Virus record (IMG/VR): IMGVR_UViG_3300008255_000281
Location: 1 to 35,166 of that record
DNA from: a virus
Lineage: Duplodnaviria; Caudoviricetes
Direction: 5' to 3' (one strand)
Length of the DNA stretch: 35,166 nucleotides
Each line of letters opens with the position of its first letter. The first letter of the stretch is position 1. The position numbers and the translations under genes are program-made. Under the pieces are notes generated by a model that saw nothing but the letters and a program-made list of their open reading frames with translations, was not told where the DNA came from and searched no databases. Of the stretch, positions 7,654 through 16,671 are shown in pieces.

Positions 7654-7709
7654 GCTATCCACAGGTTTATACGATTTCGTATTGCTATGTAGATAAGATT
7701 GGGTATAAT
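7654..7709 (+). promoter_or_regulatory. Promoter of the recombination operon with upstream DnaA-box-like site
   Basis: GCTATCCACAGGT 7654-7666 (identical to 4065-4077), TTGCTA 7682, TATAAT 7704. Confidence 0.65.
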
Positions 7710-7755
7710 TATATGCATAAAGGTCGAGATTAAAAATAACATAAAAAATTGAAAT

Positions 7756-8409
7756 ATGGCAACAAAAAAAACAACAACAATTTTAGTTGTGAAAGATAAA
7801 AATTACAAAATCACTTCACCGAAACAAATGGTGGAAATGGCGAATGTTCTAAAGGGTTATGTGGTGAAGCAAAGGCTTTACACTAACATATTCGGTAAAA
7901 ATTATGTTCACGTTGAAGGCTGGCAATTTGCTGGCGGTCTTATGGGACTTTTCCCGAAAGTTACAAATGTTGAAGATGTTTCGAAAAACGGAGAATACAA
8001 ATGGAAGGCGGAAGTCGAGATTGTCAGCGCCAAAACAAATCAAGTCGTGAGCACTGGTTTCGCGCTTTGTTCGAATAAAGAAAATAAAAAGAAATCGTTC
8101 GATGAATATGCTGTTCTATCTATGGCACAGACTCGCGCTATTGGCAAGGCATACCGCAACATTGTCGGCTGGGTAATGAAGCTCGCTGGCTACGAGGGAA
8201 CCCCGACCGAAGAAATGGTAAAGGTTGGAGATCGAATTAACGAGCCGGTTGTACAATCACCTACTCCTGCTGTGAAGACTGCAAAAAAAACCTACAAATG
8301 CTCTGAGACTGGCAATGTGATAACAGAGGCAGAGTACAACTACAGCAAGAAAATCTATGGTGTGCCACTCTCTCGCGAAGTTCAAAAAAACTTTAAACCA
8401 AAAAAATAA
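7756..8409 (+). CDS. Putative single-strand annealing protein/recombinase with degenerate C-terminal Zn ribbon
   Basis: YVHVEGWQ...SMAQTRAIGKAYR...TPTEEM; C-terminal C..G..I...YS...YG.PL; next to an exonuclease. Confidence 0.55.
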   Translation: MATKKTTTILVVKDKNYKITSPKQMVEMANVLKGYVVKQRLYTNIFGKNYVHVEGWQFAGGLMGLFPKVTNVEDVSKNGEYKWKAEVEIVSAKTNQVVSTGFALCSNKENKKKSFDEYAVLSMAQTRAIGKAYRNIVGWVMKLAGYEGTPTEEMVKVGDRINEPVVQSPTPAVKTAKKTYKCSETGNVITEAEYNYSKKIYGVPLSREVQKNFKPKK

Positions 8410-8411
8410 TC

Positions 8412-9266
8412 ATGACTAAATCAGAATCAACCGAAACAAAACTATACGGAGGAAAAGTGACAATTAAGTTTTTCCCCGAAAGCCATATTTATTATGTCAA
8501 CGGAAAAAGAAAAGGAAGCGTGACCGGAGCGTTGAGCATCATCGACAAGTCACGGGCACTCATTCCGTGGGCGATTGACCTCTACTCTGATTTTCTGCGA
8601 GAGAAAATTGGAGAAAAAATCACTGAAGACATTATCTACACCGGAGAAAATCGTTATGAAATTAAAAAAACCGAAGCTGCTGGAATTGGTACAGCTTCGC
8701 ATGCGTGGATCGAAGCCTTCGTCAAGGGAGACAGACCAGAAATGCCAAACAATAAAAATGTACTGCAAGCAGTCAATGGATTTCTTTCATGGGTTGAAGA
8801 AAATAAAGTCAAGTTTATTGAATCGGAGAAGGTGGTCTACTCGAAAAAGTACGACTACATCGGAACAATGGACGCAACTGCTAGGATGAATGGGGGGCGT
8901 AAAAAATATATTATCGACTACAAAGTGTCTAACGGACTTTACCCGGCAGTAGCCTATCAGACTGCTTCGTATCTGATGGCAGATACAGAAGAAAGTGGCA
9001 CTGAGTATGCTGGTCGCTGGGCTATCCGCCTATCAAAAGAGAGCGAAGAAGAATATTATGCTCGACAAGAAAAAAAGTTGCAGAAATATCTGCGAAAAAA
9101 TCCAAGCAGGGAAGCCTACCAGATTGCCCCTTATATGCCATTTGAAGCCCGTTTTTTGGATAAAGACCTAAATAGGGTGGACAGGGATTACAAACTCTTC
9201 CTACACGCACTACAGCTCGCTTCAGGGCATAAAGAAGTCGACCAAGAGTTTTTCCAAAACCAATAA
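8412..9266 (+). CDS. PD-(D/E)XK exonuclease (Cas4-like phage family)
   Basis: SVT, GTASH, E..V, GTMD, IIDYK, Q..SY motifs. Confidence 0.8.
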   Translation: MTKSESTETKLYGGKVTIKFFPESHIYYVNGKRKGSVTGALSIIDKSRALIPWAIDLYSDFLREKIGEKITEDIIYTGENRYEIKKTEAAGIGTASHAWIEAFVKGDRPEMPNNKNVLQAVNGFLSWVEENKVKFIESEKVVYSKKYDYIGTMDATARMNGGRKKYIIDYKVSNGLYPAVAYQTASYLMADTEESGTEYAGRWAIRLSKESEEEYYARQEKKLQKYLRKNPSREAYQIAPYMPFEARFLDKDLNRVDRDYKLFLHALQLASGHKEVDQEFFQNQ

Positions 9267-9267
9267 A

Positions 9268-9792
9268 ATGACAATTCGCCGCAAAAAAACATATCCATCA
9301 CACAAAAAGATTAACTTGGGAGGTAAAATCGTGAACAATACCGGAGAACTTGCAATCCTATTCAACTCAAAACCACTGTATCGGCATTTTCTGAAGGAGT
9401 ACTGCAAGGTTGGCGATGACGTTTCGATAGAGATTGTCTGTAAGCGACCGAAGCGATCTGAATCTCAAAATGCGTTCTACCACGTTTACCTTTCACTGAT
9501 TGAATTATCTTCCGGCCACACAATCAAAGAACTTAAACGCTGGGTCGTGGAGACTATTCTTTCTGAAGGTGTGAGTGAGATTTTTGGCGATATGGTACGG
9601 GTAACGAGTAGTAGCTCCGACTTAAACATAAGCGAATTCTGCGAGATGATGAATAAAGTCGAGGAAAAAACCGGTATTCCAATACCGGACCCAACACCAT
9701 TCTCGCTACCACTTACGTTCGATGAATACGGAAAATTGAAAGCAACGCAAACGAAAAAATATCAAAATATGCAGTCTAAAATAAAACTATAA
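9268..9792 (+). CDS. NinB-like recombination accessory protein
   Basis: KRSESQNAFYH and SSSDL...EF motifs. Confidence 0.55.
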   Translation: MTIRRKKTYPSHKKINLGGKIVNNTGELAILFNSKPLYRHFLKEYCKVGDDVSIEIVCKRPKRSESQNAFYHVYLSLIELSSGHTIKELKRWVVETILSEGVSEIFGDMVRVTSSSSDLNISEFCEMMNKVEEKTGIPIPDPTPFSLPLTFDEYGKLKATQTKKYQNMQSKIKL

Positions 9793-9793
9793 C

Positions 9794-10183
9794 ATGGACT
9801 CAGAAACACGAATTGACCACATCGAGCACATCATATCGAGAATGTCGAACATTGCCCTATCTAAGATTCTCGGGAAAAGCAGGAGAGCTGAATATGTATC
9901 GGCACGGCAGATGGTCTGGTACTTGGCACACGATTTCTCAAAAATCAAATACACAAAAATTGCCAAACACTACAACCGCGATCACACCACAATCATTAGT
10001 GGAGCCAAAAAAATGCGAGGCAACGAAGCCGTACGTCAGGTGATAGGCGATATACGGGCTATGTACCCAGAGATATTTGAGCCTGTAGGCAATAGCCTGC
10101 CGAAGAACATCGAAAACTGGAATGTTGAAGTTGTCCACTCGTTATCCACTTCAGAAAATACTGACAGAAAAAACGTAGTATAA
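9794..10183 (+). CDS. Stand-alone DnaA C-terminal (domain IV) helix-turn-helix protein
   Basis: ILGKSR...VSARQMVWYL...IAKHYNRDHTTIISGAKK matches the DnaA domain IV signature RDHTTV. Confidence 0.85.
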   Translation: MDSETRIDHIEHIISRMSNIALSKILGKSRRAEYVSARQMVWYLAHDFSKIKYTKIAKHYNRDHTTIISGAKKMRGNEAVRQVIGDIRAMYPEIFEPVGNSLPKNIENWNVEVVHSLSTSENTDRKNVV

Positions 10184-10184
10184 T
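10131..10184 (+). promoter_or_regulatory. Two DnaA-box-like sites and a -10 element upstream of the initiator gene
   Basis: TTGTCCACT 10131, TTATCCACT 10142, TATAAT 10179. Confidence 0.55.
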
Positions 10185-10220
10185 ACAAAAGATGAAAAGT
10201 CTTCACTTTTTTATAAATAT

Positions 10221-10270
10221 AAATCCCACGCTGATGTTCTGTGAAGGCTCATCGGCGTTGGGTTTTTGTT
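10221..10270 (+). terminator. Terminator/attenuator hairpin in the initiator leader
   Basis: CCCACGCTGATG/CATCGGCGTTGGG stem followed by TTTTTGTTT. Confidence 0.65.
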
Positions 10271-10292
10271 TGTTAAATTAACGAATAATTTT

Positions 10293-10943
10293 ATGGCGCA
10301 GCGCAGAATGTTCTCAAAAACAATAACTAACTCTGGTAAATTTTTGAAAATGCCAGCGACAAGTAGATTGTTTTATTACGATCTCGGCATGAACGCCGAT
10401 GACGATGGATATGCTGAATGGTTCACCACTATGCGTATGAGTGGTGCAAGCCAACAAGACCTTGATGTATTGCGTGTCAATGGTTTCGTAAAAGTCTTTG
10501 ACGATAATGTCTTGGTTGTCCTCGATTGGAAAGAGAATAACTACATCCCTAAGGATCGCTATACTCCAAGTAAATATATTGCTGTATACGCAATAGATAC
10601 ACAATGTATACAAAATGTAGACACAGGTAAGGTTAGGTTAGGTAAGGTTAGGTTAGAGAATACTATGTCGGTATTAACCGACGCATTCGATCAATTTTGG
10701 TCAGCTTATCCTAAAAAAGAACTTAAAAAAAAAGCATTCGACAAATGGAAATCTAAAAAATTAGATTCAAAACTTCCTCAAATTTTAAATTTTATCGAAA
10801 AAGCAAAACTGACAGATCGCTGGAAGAAAGGTTTTATAAAAGCACCGCCAGTGTTTCTGGGTAATGAATGTTGGAATGATGATCTTATAAGTTACAACGA
10901 TAGATTTAACAGTCGTGCGAAAACAATTTCTGTAATTGATTAG
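10293..10943 (+). CDS. Phage replication initiator (replisome organiser type)
   Basis: MAQRRMFSKTI N-terminus, DDDG, C-terminal FDQFWSAYPKK...KAF..W; internal repeats. Confidence 0.8.
   Translation: MAQRRMFSKTITNSGKFLKMPATSRLFYYDLGMNADDDGYAEWFTTMRMSGASQQDLDVLRVNGFVKVFDDNVLVVLDWKENNYIPKDRYTPSKYIAVYAIDTQCIQNVDTGKVRLGKVRLENTMSVLTDAFDQFWSAYPKKELKKKAFDKWKSKKLDSKLPQILNFIEKAKLTDRWKKGFIKAPPVFLGNECWNDDLISYNDRFNSRAKTISVID
10583..10656. repeat. Probable replication origin: four 11-bp-spaced iterons plus 2 x AGGTAAGGTTAGGTT
   Basis: TGTATACG 10583, TAGATACA 10594, TGTATACA 10605, TGTAGACA 10616; pentamer repeats 10625-10656. Confidence 0.6.
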
Positions 10944-10946
10944 AAA

Positions 10947-11351
10947 ATGAATAAAAATTACTTTTACATCATCCAAAGAGATCGTCAGATATTTGAAATT
11001 CAGTATACTCAAAAAAGATTTGAAGAGTCTTGCAAACAATGGCAAGTTGGAGGTTTAATTGCCTTTGCCACTCTTGGAGTGATGATCAATGGGATTGATA
11101 TCGTTAAGATTCTCAATGCCGATCAATACCAGAATTATATTGATTCAGTTCAACCCAAAATGTATATCTGTGACGGAACATGGTACGACACGAAAGAGAA
11201 GTCTGTCATCCGATATGAAGTTTGGAAACAAAAAGAAATTGATGAGCAAAAACAAATAGAACAAAAACCAGTAGAACTTACCTCTGAAGAAAAAGAAAGA
11301 ATACAAAAAAAGAAACAAGAGATTACAGAAAAATTAAATTCAATAATATGA
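10947..11351 (+). CDS. Hypothetical protein downstream of the initiator
   Basis: 134-aa ORF tightly packed in the operon. Confidence 0.6.
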   Translation: MNKNYFYIIQRDRQIFEIQYTQKRFEESCKQWQVGGLIAFATLGVMINGIDIVKILNADQYQNYIDSVQPKMYICDGTWYDTKEKSVIRYEVWKQKEIDEQKQIEQKPVELTSEEKERIQKKKQEITEKLNSII

Positions 11352-11516
11352 ATGAAATAAAAAGTCCTTAATTGATTGCTCGGGTGCAGAATGGTTGGTA
11401 TGACAATAATTAAAACTCTAAAAAAGAAATTATGGTAAAATAGTGGGATGAAGATAACTACTATAAGAAGAATACCAAGCGGTTGTAATTTATTATATAT
11501 TAGTATATAATATATT

Positions 11517-11709
11517 ATGATAAAAAAAGAAAAACATAATAAAGATCACTTTTAGGGGGATAACAAAAAATCTCCAAGAATGGGCAGATGAGGTGAAGAT
11601 TAAAAGAGAAACAATATCAAAAAGAATAAATACATATCACTGGTCGATTAAAAATGCTTTAACTATTAAACCTACTTATAATCATGGAAAAAATCATAAT
11701 TACAGGTAG
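11517..11709 (+). pseudogene. Fragment resembling the C-terminal DNA-binding module of HNH endonucleases; ATG out of frame
   Basis: Frame 11524-11709 reads IKITFRGITKNLQEWADEVKIKRETISKRINTYHWSIKNALT; the ATG 11517 frame stops at TTT-TAG 11550-11555. Confidence 0.5.
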
Positions 11710-12038
11710 GATACCCTAGCAAAAAAAACTCTAAACGCTGGGTGGGACGAGGAAATAGGAAATGGCTTTTGCCGTCAGTGAATCATGAGAATTGGCATGC
11801 GGACGGAATCAAGCAACTTCTTGGGCAAAAAAAAATACCAAACAATACATTTTTGACCTATACTTTCTTTGCGCCGGACAAAAGAAAAGGGGACATTTCG
11901 AATAAACTTGAAAGCGTGAACGATTTGCTTGTTGACTGCGGAATCCTAGAGGACGATAATTGGTTTGTGCTCGGGGATTATCGGGTGAAATTTGGTGGTA
12001 TAGACAGACTATGCCCTAGAGTGGAGATTCAGTTTTGA
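11684..12038 (+). CDS. rusA: RusA-like Holliday junction resolvase, interrupted by a +1 frameshift at CCC-TAG (11714-11719)
   Basis: MEKIIITGRIP, then +1 frame SKKNSKRW...; DISNKLESVNDLL...ILEDDN...PRVEI catalytic motifs. Confidence 0.8.
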
Positions 12039-12045
12039 AATCAAA

Positions 12046-12246
12046 ATGAAGAAAACTAAAATATCGGATATAAAAAATGTGTCAGCACTGAAAGCCCAAT
12101 GGCTTAATTCGAGGGGTGGTCGCACGTTTCAAGATGTTTTCAAGGATGAACAATGTCGTGAGTTTATTTACGTGAGTAAACACGGCAAAGATGTTAAGTC
12201 TTTTATTCCTGTTGGGGAGGGACTGTTTCCCAAAAATTGGTTGTGA
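12046..12246 (+). CDS. Hypothetical protein
   Basis: 66-aa ORF directly after rusA. Confidence 0.55.
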   Translation: MKKTKISDIKNVSALKAQWLNSRGGRTFQDVFKDEQCREFIYVSKHGKDVKSFIPVGEGLFPKNWL

Positions 12247-12264
12247 CTTCTTATGTCTCAGAAG

Positions 12265-12308
12265 TTGTCCACAGGTTGTTAGATTTATTTCGTATGAAAT
12301 GATATAAT
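12265..12308 (+). promoter_or_regulatory. DnaA-box-like site and extended -10 promoter
   Basis: TTGTCCACAGGT 12265-12276; TGATATAAT 12300-12308. Confidence 0.55.
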
Positions 12309-12339
12309 GATATTATGATTCTATATTTTATAAATAATA

Positions 12340-12552
12340 ATGACTGAAAAACGTAAAACGTACTCATTAGACCCAGATTTAGCACGAGATTTAGCTCGCT
12401 ATTCTTTGTTGATGGGAGAAAAATTGGAATGCACCGTGCCAAAACAAGATATTTTGGATGAATTAGTTGGGTTACTAGAAGATAGTAAGATTTTTGCAAA
12501 AATTATCAAAAAAATAAAAACCAACAAAAAAAATGTCACTGAAGAAAATTAA
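12340..12552 (+). CDS. Small putative DNA-binding protein (ribbon-helix-helix-like)
   Basis: KRKTYSLDPDLARDL N-terminus. Confidence 0.45.
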   Translation: MTEKRKTYSLDPDLARDLARYSLLMGEKLECTVPKQDILDELVGLLEDSKIFAKIIKKIKTNKKNVTEEN

Positions 12553-14107
12553 CTTGTCAAATAAGGGAGAAGTGCGTGAACGAATTTTGAGTGGGTTAAC
12601 TAAGATGCTTGACCTAGTAGGCAATACACTTGGCCCAGCAGGACTCTCGGTGATGATTGATAGAGGGACAGGTGAACCATTACTTGTCGATGATGGTCGA
12701 AGAGTTGCAGAAAATATGAAGCTTGACGATCCGATTGAACAAATGGCTGTTCGAGTATGTTATGGCGTCACTCGTAAGACAGATGAAAAGGTGGGAGATG
12801 GAACAACAACATCAATGGTGTTGTCACATGCGATTCTTGATAATGTATTTAAAGAATATCTTATGTCTGGCATTGGGTCGCACGCTAACGTAAACGATAT
12901 TGACGCGCAGATTCAAAAATCAAAGGACGAAGTTATAAAAATGCTTGAAGCAAACACGAAACAAATTAAGACACAGAAGGAACTGGCAGATGTGTCGTCA
13001 ATTGTGGCCGGCGATTCCGAGATAGGAAAAACAATAGCTGATATGTATTGGAAATTAGGGAAAGACGGCCATATTTCAATGGAGTTTAATTTATTGAGTG
13101 AAAAAATAGAAACTGAAATTGTTGCTGGATATAGATTTTCGGGAGGATATGCCGCTAATTGGATGATCAACAATGCTTTGCGAAAAAACTGGGTGGCACC
13201 TGATGTGGATATTTTAATTACTAAAAAGAAGATTCTTGATGTGAAAGAAATTGAACCCATTGCTAATATTGTTGGGAATCGTGGGAAGAGCTACTTTGTG
13301 ATTATTGCACATGGATTCGGAGAAAATGTTTTAAAATTCGCCTATCAAAATGGCACGCGCAAAAATTCTCCTTTCTTGCTTATGTGTATTAAAGCTCCAG
13401 GACGTGTGGAAGAAGCGTTTAAAGATATGGCGGTATTCACCGGTGGAAAGTATTTCAGTGAAAGTGATGATTTGCGAACTGCGACTAAGGAAGACTTGGG
13501 TCATGTAGGGAGTATTGAGGTAACAGATGACACAACGATTCTGATTGACGGGGCCGGTAAAAAAGCCGATGTGGATAAAAGAATAAAAGAGGTGGAAGCA
13601 GAAGCTATTTTGCAAAAAATGCCACAATTCAAACAAGATAGATACGAACGTGCGTCAGCCCTTTCTTCTGGTGTAGGGGTAATCAGAATTGGAGCACCGA
13701 CCAATGAAGAGAGGAATTGGCTCAAATATAAAATTGAGGACGCTAAACACGCAACCAAACAAGCTTATAAGTATGGAGTAGTCAGAGGAGGCGGATTGGC
13801 TTTCAAAGAGATTTCTGAAAAGTTGCCGGATAGCAACATACTTAAAAAAGCTCTAATGGCTCCATACCAAAAACTAAAAGATAATGCAGGAGGTACATTT
13901 ATTGTGGGTAAAAATATCACTGACCCTGTGTCAGTCGAAAAAGCAGCATTAGAATATGCTTGCTCTGCAGTTTCTAAACTTATTCGTATTGGTGGCGCGA
14001 TTGCGTTCACAAAACCATCTCTTGTTGAGGAGCTTGGAGCACTTATTAACAATAAAAATGCTAGTAGTGAGCAAGACTACGGCGTTCAGGAGGATAATGA
14101 TTTCTAA
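12533..14107 (+). CDS. groEL: GroEL-like (Cpn60) chaperonin, phage-encoded and divergent
   Basis: TLGPAG, DDG..VA, GDGTTTS, KAPG, GVIRIGA, KIEDA..AT..A, GVVRGGG, ITDP motifs. Confidence 0.92.
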   Translation: MSLKKINLSNKGEVRERILSGLTKMLDLVGNTLGPAGLSVMIDRGTGEPLLVDDGRRVAENMKLDDPIEQMAVRVCYGVTRKTDEKVGDGTTTSMVLSHAILDNVFKEYLMSGIGSHANVNDIDAQIQKSKDEVIKMLEANTKQIKTQKELADVSSIVAGDSEIGKTIADMYWKLGKDGHISMEFNLLSEKIETEIVAGYRFSGGYAANWMINNALRKNWVAPDVDILITKKKILDVKEIEPIANIVGNRGKSYFVIIAHGFGENVLKFAYQNGTRKNSPFLLMCIKAPGRVEEAFKDMAVFTGGKYFSESDDLRTATKEDLGHVGSIEVTDDTTILIDGAGKKADVDKRIKEVEAEAILQKMPQFKQDRYERASALSSGVGVIRIGAPTNEERNWLKYKIEDAKHATKQAYKYGVVRGGGLAFKEISEKLPDSNILKKALMAPYQKLKDNAGGTFIVGKNITDPVSVEKAALEYACSAVSKLIRIGGAIAFTKPSLVEELGALINNKNASSEQDYGVQEDNDF

Positions 14108-14231
14108 ATATTAAGTTTCTAATTGATATGGGTTAAAAATACTCTAGTGATGAGCAGACAGGACTACCACTGGAGAGGTGGGTCGACTATACAGGAATTG
14201 AGACTGTAATTAAAAATGGTAAGACCATACA

Positions 14232-14621
14232 ATGGAAACAAAGTCAAAGAACAAAGGTAGAAACAAAGGTTGGAATAATCTAATCCCAATAAAGAAAGGT
14301 GAGAGATTAAACCCTAATGGACGCCCTCTTGGACAGAAGGACTATGCGACCCTGTATAGGGAGGCTTTAATTAAGCTCGCAAAGATGAACGATAAAGAAC
14401 CGGCAGACCTTGAGCTCGAATTGATTTCAAAAGGTATAATGAGTGCACGAGGCGGTGATTATCGTTTTTATAAAGATGTCCTCGATAGACTACTCGGCAC
14501 CGCACAGCAAAACTTTGATATAAAATCAGATGGCCGAGCATTGGGCGACAGCACAAAGGAACTTGATGAACAAACATTACGAAATATCGCCAAAGGAGGC
14601 AGCGGCAGAACTGGCAAATAG
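14232..14621 (+). CDS. terS: Terminase small subunit
   Basis: KKGE..NPNGRP motif, DRL.G, directly upstream of terL. Confidence 0.7.
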   Translation: METKSKNKGRNKGWNNLIPIKKGERLNPNGRPLGQKDYATLYREALIKLAKMNDKEPADLELELISKGIMSARGGDYRFYKDVLDRLLGTAQQNFDIKSDGRALGDSTKELDEQTLRNIAKGGSGRTGK

Positions 14622-16050
14622 AGAGCTTGCGCGGAGACATCTACTTGACTTCAACAAGTACGTCTATGAAGGTTATAAAACTAGTTGGCACATCGAGTTT
14701 TTATGTAACGCACTCGAAAAAGTAATCACAGGCGAGATTCGCTTTTTGATCGTGGAGATGCCACCACGCCATTCAAAATCGCTAAACGTGTCACAACTAT
14801 TTCCAGCTTTTGTCGTTGGAAATGATAAGGATGCGCCGATTATTGTTACGTCATATTCTGGTGACCTAGCCGTTGATCACGGCCGAGAAACAAGGAACCT
14901 GATTGATTCCAAGTTGTATAAAAATGTATTTGACACTAAATTAGCGGCTGACTCAACAGCTAAAGGGCGTTGGAATACAGACGGACGAGGTGCGTATAAT
15001 GCTGTTGGCGTGGGCGGATCAATAACCGGAAAAGGGGCGAAATACTTCATTGCTGACGACTTATTCAAAGATCGTATGGAAGCTGATTCCGAGATAATAC
15101 GAGAATCGAGATGGAAATGGTTGCGATCTGTAGCTCGTACGCGTTTGACTCCGGATGGAAGAATGATTGTCATGGGTACCCGGTGGCACGAAGATGACGT
15201 TATCGGCCGATTAACTGATGGAGAAAAAACAAAAGAAGATTGGGTAGACTATTTTGATTTTCTAAAAGGCAAAAGAGCAAAGTGGGTTCGTCTAACATTG
15301 CCAGCAATAGCCGAGATAGATGAGCCGCACCGAAAGGCTGGTGAGGTTTTATGGCCCGGGCAATATCCGATTACTGAATTGCGTGATATTGAGAAGACAC
15401 TAGGCCCCTATGAGTTTTCGGCTCTATATCAACAGAAGCCAGTCAATGATGCGACTCGCGAATTCAAAACACAATGGTATAAACATATTGACGAATCTGT
15501 GGTTGAGTTAATGAACTGTCGTCGATTTTTAACTGTTGATACTGCAATGAGTAAATTATCGCAAGCTGACTATACTGGTTTTTGTGATAATAGGGTAAAT
15601 CAAGAGAACTTTTGGCATTTTATAGCGTGGCGGATGAAATTCGGGCCGGAAGAACTTGTTGACGCATTGTTTACTTTGCACAACAGAAACAGATATGAGA
15701 AAATCGGCATAGAGAAGACCACATATACGGTCGGTCTCAAGCCTTATATTGACCAAGAGCAACGGAAACGGAATGTATTTCTGCCTATTGTGGAACTTGA
15801 ACATCATCAGATGTCGAAGGTGATTCGTATCAGAGGACTTATACCTCGATATGCTTCAGGTTCTATTTTCCACATTAAAGGAAAATGTGATGATCTGGAG
15901 AAAGAACAGTCGAGTTTCCCTGTCGGTGCACATGATGACACGTTGGATGCCGTGGCTTATATGGAACAAATGGAAATAAAACCACCGGAACGAAAATTAA
16001 AAACTAAAACAACACCGGTCAAACGCGGTGACGGTCTCCATGGAATATAA
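14566..16050 (+). CDS. terL: Terminase large subunit
   Basis: MPPRHSKS Walker A, FIADD Walker B, TRWHEDD, LYQQ.P, HDDTLDA nuclease; ORF is open from 14530. Confidence 0.95.
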   Translation: MNKHYEISPKEAAAELANRELARRHLLDFNKYVYEGYKTSWHIEFLCNALEKVITGEIRFLIVEMPPRHSKSLNVSQLFPAFVVGNDKDAPIIVTSYSGDLAVDHGRETRNLIDSKLYKNVFDTKLAADSTAKGRWNTDGRGAYNAVGVGGSITGKGAKYFIADDLFKDRMEADSEIIRESRWKWLRSVARTRLTPDGRMIVMGTRWHEDDVIGRLTDGEKTKEDWVDYFDFLKGKRAKWVRLTLPAIAEIDEPHRKAGEVLWPGQYPITELRDIEKTLGPYEFSALYQQKPVNDATREFKTQWYKHIDESVVELMNCRRFLTVDTAMSKLSQADYTGFCDNRVNQENFWHFIAWRMKFGPEELVDALFTLHNRNRYEKIGIEKTTYTVGLKPYIDQEQRKRNVFLPIVELEHHQMSKVIRIRGLIPRYASGSIFHIKGKCDDLEKEQSSFPVGAHDDTLDAVAYMEQMEIKPPERKLKTKTTPVKRGDGLHGI

Positions 16051-16091
16051 TATGAATGACTATTTGTTACCAACAAAATTGAAATAAAAAA

Positions 16092-16247
16092 ATGAATGAG
16101 CAAGAATTTGCGAACGAATGGGCGAAATATACAATCAATCTTCCACCTGAAGAATACGATGAGGATGATGTGCTTAATGAAAAATTAGAAGCTATAGAAC
16201 GAAGACAAAGACAACATATCAACAGGGGAGATTTTTTTGCAATCTAA
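16092..16247 (+). CDS. Small acidic hypothetical protein, 51 aa
   Basis: Manual translation MNEQEFANEWAKY...RGDFFAI. Confidence 0.5.
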   Translation: MNEQEFANEWAKYTINLPPEEYDEDDVLNEKLEAIERRQRQHINRGDFFAI

Positions 16248-16263
16248 TGGATGTGGTATAATT

Positions 16264-16671
16264 ATGACGGAAATTAAAATTGCTTTCCCTCCGAATTACG
16301 AAGAAATTAAAAAGCATTTTGATATTGAAAATGAAAATGTTGTTTTTACTTACGGCAACGCAATATACAATCCAAAAGACCTGAAACTGCCTAACGATTT
16401 GATTGTCCATGAGGAGGTGCATATCCGCCAACAGGGAAATAAACCAACGGAATGGTGGATGAAATACCTAAACGACAAAGACTTCAGATTATCACAGGAG
16501 GTTGAGGCATACATCGAGCAGTATAAATATGTGAAAAGTCTAAACATACCAACAAAAATCAAAGAACATTTTTTAGAAGAAATATCTCAAATTTTATCAA
16601 GCAAAATATACGGTAACATTATTAACTATCACCAAGCTCACGCAATTATTAGACGTGGTGCAAAAATATGA
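16264..16671 (+). CDS. Zincin-like metalloprotease (HExxH)
   Basis: LIVHEEVHIRQQ...EVEAY; ATGA overlap with the portal gene. Confidence 0.7.
   Translation: MTEIKIAFPPNYEEIKKHFDIENENVVFTYGNAIYNPKDLKLPNDLIVHEEVHIRQQGNKPTEWWMKYLNDKDFRLSQEVEAYIEQYKYVKSLNIPTKIKEHFLEEISQILSSKIYGNIINYHQAHAIIRRGAKI

Noticed and set aside
8412-9266. CRISPR-associated cas4
   Set aside because: No Fe-S cysteine pattern, cas genes or array; recombination context
14142-14176. CTCTAGTG/CACTGGAG hairpin upstream of terS
   Set aside because: Single modest stem with no U tract; no function can be supported
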